64,000 nt of DNA from an uncultured Oscillospiraceae bacterium (GTDB lineage: Bacteria > Bacillota > Clostridia > Oscillospirales > Oscillospiraceae), in contig CAJTUD010000005.1 of the NCBI GenBank assembly GCA_910579725.1, positions 18,269-82,268 on the forward strand. The letters run 5' to 3'. Both the position numbers and the translations under genes were made by a program. The notes under the pieces were generated by a model. That model did not search any database. It was not told where the DNA came from and worked only from the letters and a program-made list of their open reading frames with translations. Positions 62,904 to 64,000 of the stretch are shown here, piece by piece (position 1 is the first letter of the stretch; each line of letters opens with the position of its first letter).

Positions 62904-64000
62904 ATGAATTTCAAGAACATGTCCATTAAGAAAAACCTAATCATAGGATTTGGTACAACAATCCTGGTCTCTTTGATTATCATTGTCACCTCTCTGGTGA
63001 TGATGAGCTCCCAGAAGGCTGCTTATCAGGATATTATCGATCATTATGTAAAGGCCAATCAGCTGGTTTCCGAGTGCCGCATCGATTATAATATTGCCGC
63101 CCGGGGCTTGCGGGACGCTGTGCTTTCCGGCGAAGTGAGTAATCTGGATACCGCCACCAGCAAAATGAACCAGCTGGAGTCGGTGATCACAGAGCTCAAT
63201 AATAATTTCCCCATGGATGACAAGACGATCTTGAATACCTTCATCAACACCATGCAGGAGTGGGGCACAGAAGCTGCGAAGATTGTCCAGGTGGCCCGCA
63301 CCGACCGCGAGAGCGCAGTGCCCATGATTACCGAAAGCTGCTCTCCCAAGCTGGCCGCTGCCGCCACTGCCGGTGACAGTCTGGCCTCTCAGCTCCAGGC
63401 CGGACAGGAAGAAATCATCAAGCAGCAGAATACCACCTCCACGATTGGCATTTTCGCCATTATTGCGGTCATGGTTGTCGCCACCGTCGTTGTGATGATA
63501 ATGGCCGTCAAGATCATCAGAAGCATTGCCGAGCCCAGCAATCAGGTCCGCGCCGCACTGGTGGGCTTCAGCCAGGGCAATCTGGGCATCCCCGTCAGCT
63601 TCACCGGCAAGAATGAGCTGGGCGAAATGTGCGACGCTCTGCGTACCAGCCAGCGGGTTCTCCACAGCGTGATTCAGGATATCTCCAGCACCACCGGTCA
63701 GATGGCCAAGGGCAACTTTGATGTGGAACTGACCGCCACCTTCCCCGGCGATCTGGCGCCCATTCAGTCCAGCGTCAATCAGTTTGTCGCCCACATGAGC
63801 GATGTAATCACCAATATCTCTCAGTCTGCCAGCCAGGTATCCGCTGGTTCCGAGCAGGTGTCCAACAGCTCCCAGTCCCTGGCTCAGGGCGCTACCGAGC
63901 AGGCCAGCGCTGTGCAGGAGCTTGCCGCCACGATCAACGACATCTCCACCAGCTCCAAGCAGACTGCCGCTTCCGCCGAGGAGGCCCGCACCAGCGTGGG
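62904..64000 (+). CDS. Methyl-accepting chemotaxis protein, 5' part (runs off the window end)
   Basis: Not in the ORF track because it has no stop. The ATG follows a TTAGGAGGAAA SD. It has TM1, a four-helix sensor region, TM2, HAMP (ELGEMCDALRTSQ) and the start of the signalling domain (SSQSLAQGATEQASAVQELAATI). Confidence 0.9.
   Translation, partial: MNFKNMSIKKNLIIGFGTTILVSLIIIVTSLVMMSSQKAAYQDIIDHYVKANQLVSECRIDYNIAARGLRDAVLSGEVSNLDTATSKMNQLESVITELNNNFPMDDKTILNTFINTMQEWGTEAAKIVQVARTDRESAVPMITESCSPKLAAAATAGDSLASQLQAGQEEIIKQQNTTSTIGIFAIIAVMVVATVVVMIMAVKIIRSIAEPSNQVRAALVGFSQGNLGIPVSFTGKNELGEMCDALRTSQRVLHSVIQDISSTTGQMAKGNFDVELTATFPGDLAPIQSSVNQFVAHMSDVITNISQSASQVSAGSEQVSNSSQSLAQGATEQASAVQELAATINDISTSSKQTAASAEEARTSV

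Overview
This is a high-GC chromosomal segment of Firmicutes/Clostridia type; single 60-nt lines I counted by hand run about 60% G+C in core genes. Bases 1-21.7 kb carry housekeeping and accessory genes: the recO tail, a GNAT, a methyltransferase, mutS2, ptsH, a visibly low-GC alpha/beta-hydrolase islet, uvrC, a DHA3-like MFS transporter, an SDR reductase, a GH36 alpha-galactosidase, a TetR+CPBP protease pair, abrB, an RHH protein, a 2[4Fe-4S] ferredoxin, clpC, an unknown membrane protein, and a PilZ gene followed by a gluzincin-like peptidase. From 21.9 kb to the window end lies an almost complete flagellar/chemotaxis regulon arranged much as in Bacillus subtilis. It starts with the late operon flgM-flgN-flgK-flgL-yviE-like-fliW-csrA. 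A roughly 28-kb fla/che operon follows: flgB-flgC-fliE-F-G-H-I-J-(unknown)-fliK-flgD-(TIGR02530-type)-flgE-flbD-motA-motB-fliM-fliY-cheY-fliO-P-Q-R-flhB-flhA-fliA-rod-rod-cheC-cheD-cheV-EAL/HDOD. Next is a minus-strand ParA-like/ComFB-domain gene pair, then fliD-fliS-(fliT-like)-(ftsE-like) and a truncated MCP. Missing from their usual places are flagellin, flhF, flhG, fliL and cheA/W/B/R. I saw no rRNA, tRNA, CRISPR array, IS element, prophage or recognisable defence system. The best candidate for something undescribed is the orphan ParA-type ATPase. It appears co-transcribed with a protein made of a basic N-terminal peptide, a 24-unit (EP/EL) hexanucleotide-encoded linker and a ComFB domain, in a locus that lacks FlhF/FlhG. 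Other points worth a look are a duplicated FliM-like CheY-binding motif inside FliY, an uncharacterised 326-aa gene in the fliJ-fliK slot, a self-contained 25-codon mini-gene, a 20-bp inverted-repeat element at the uvrC stop, repeat- and insert-laden oversized FlgK/FlgL/FlgE/FliD, and three c-di-GMP-type modules (PilZ, EAL-HDOD, ComFB). All family assignments come from reading motifs by eye; no database search was run.
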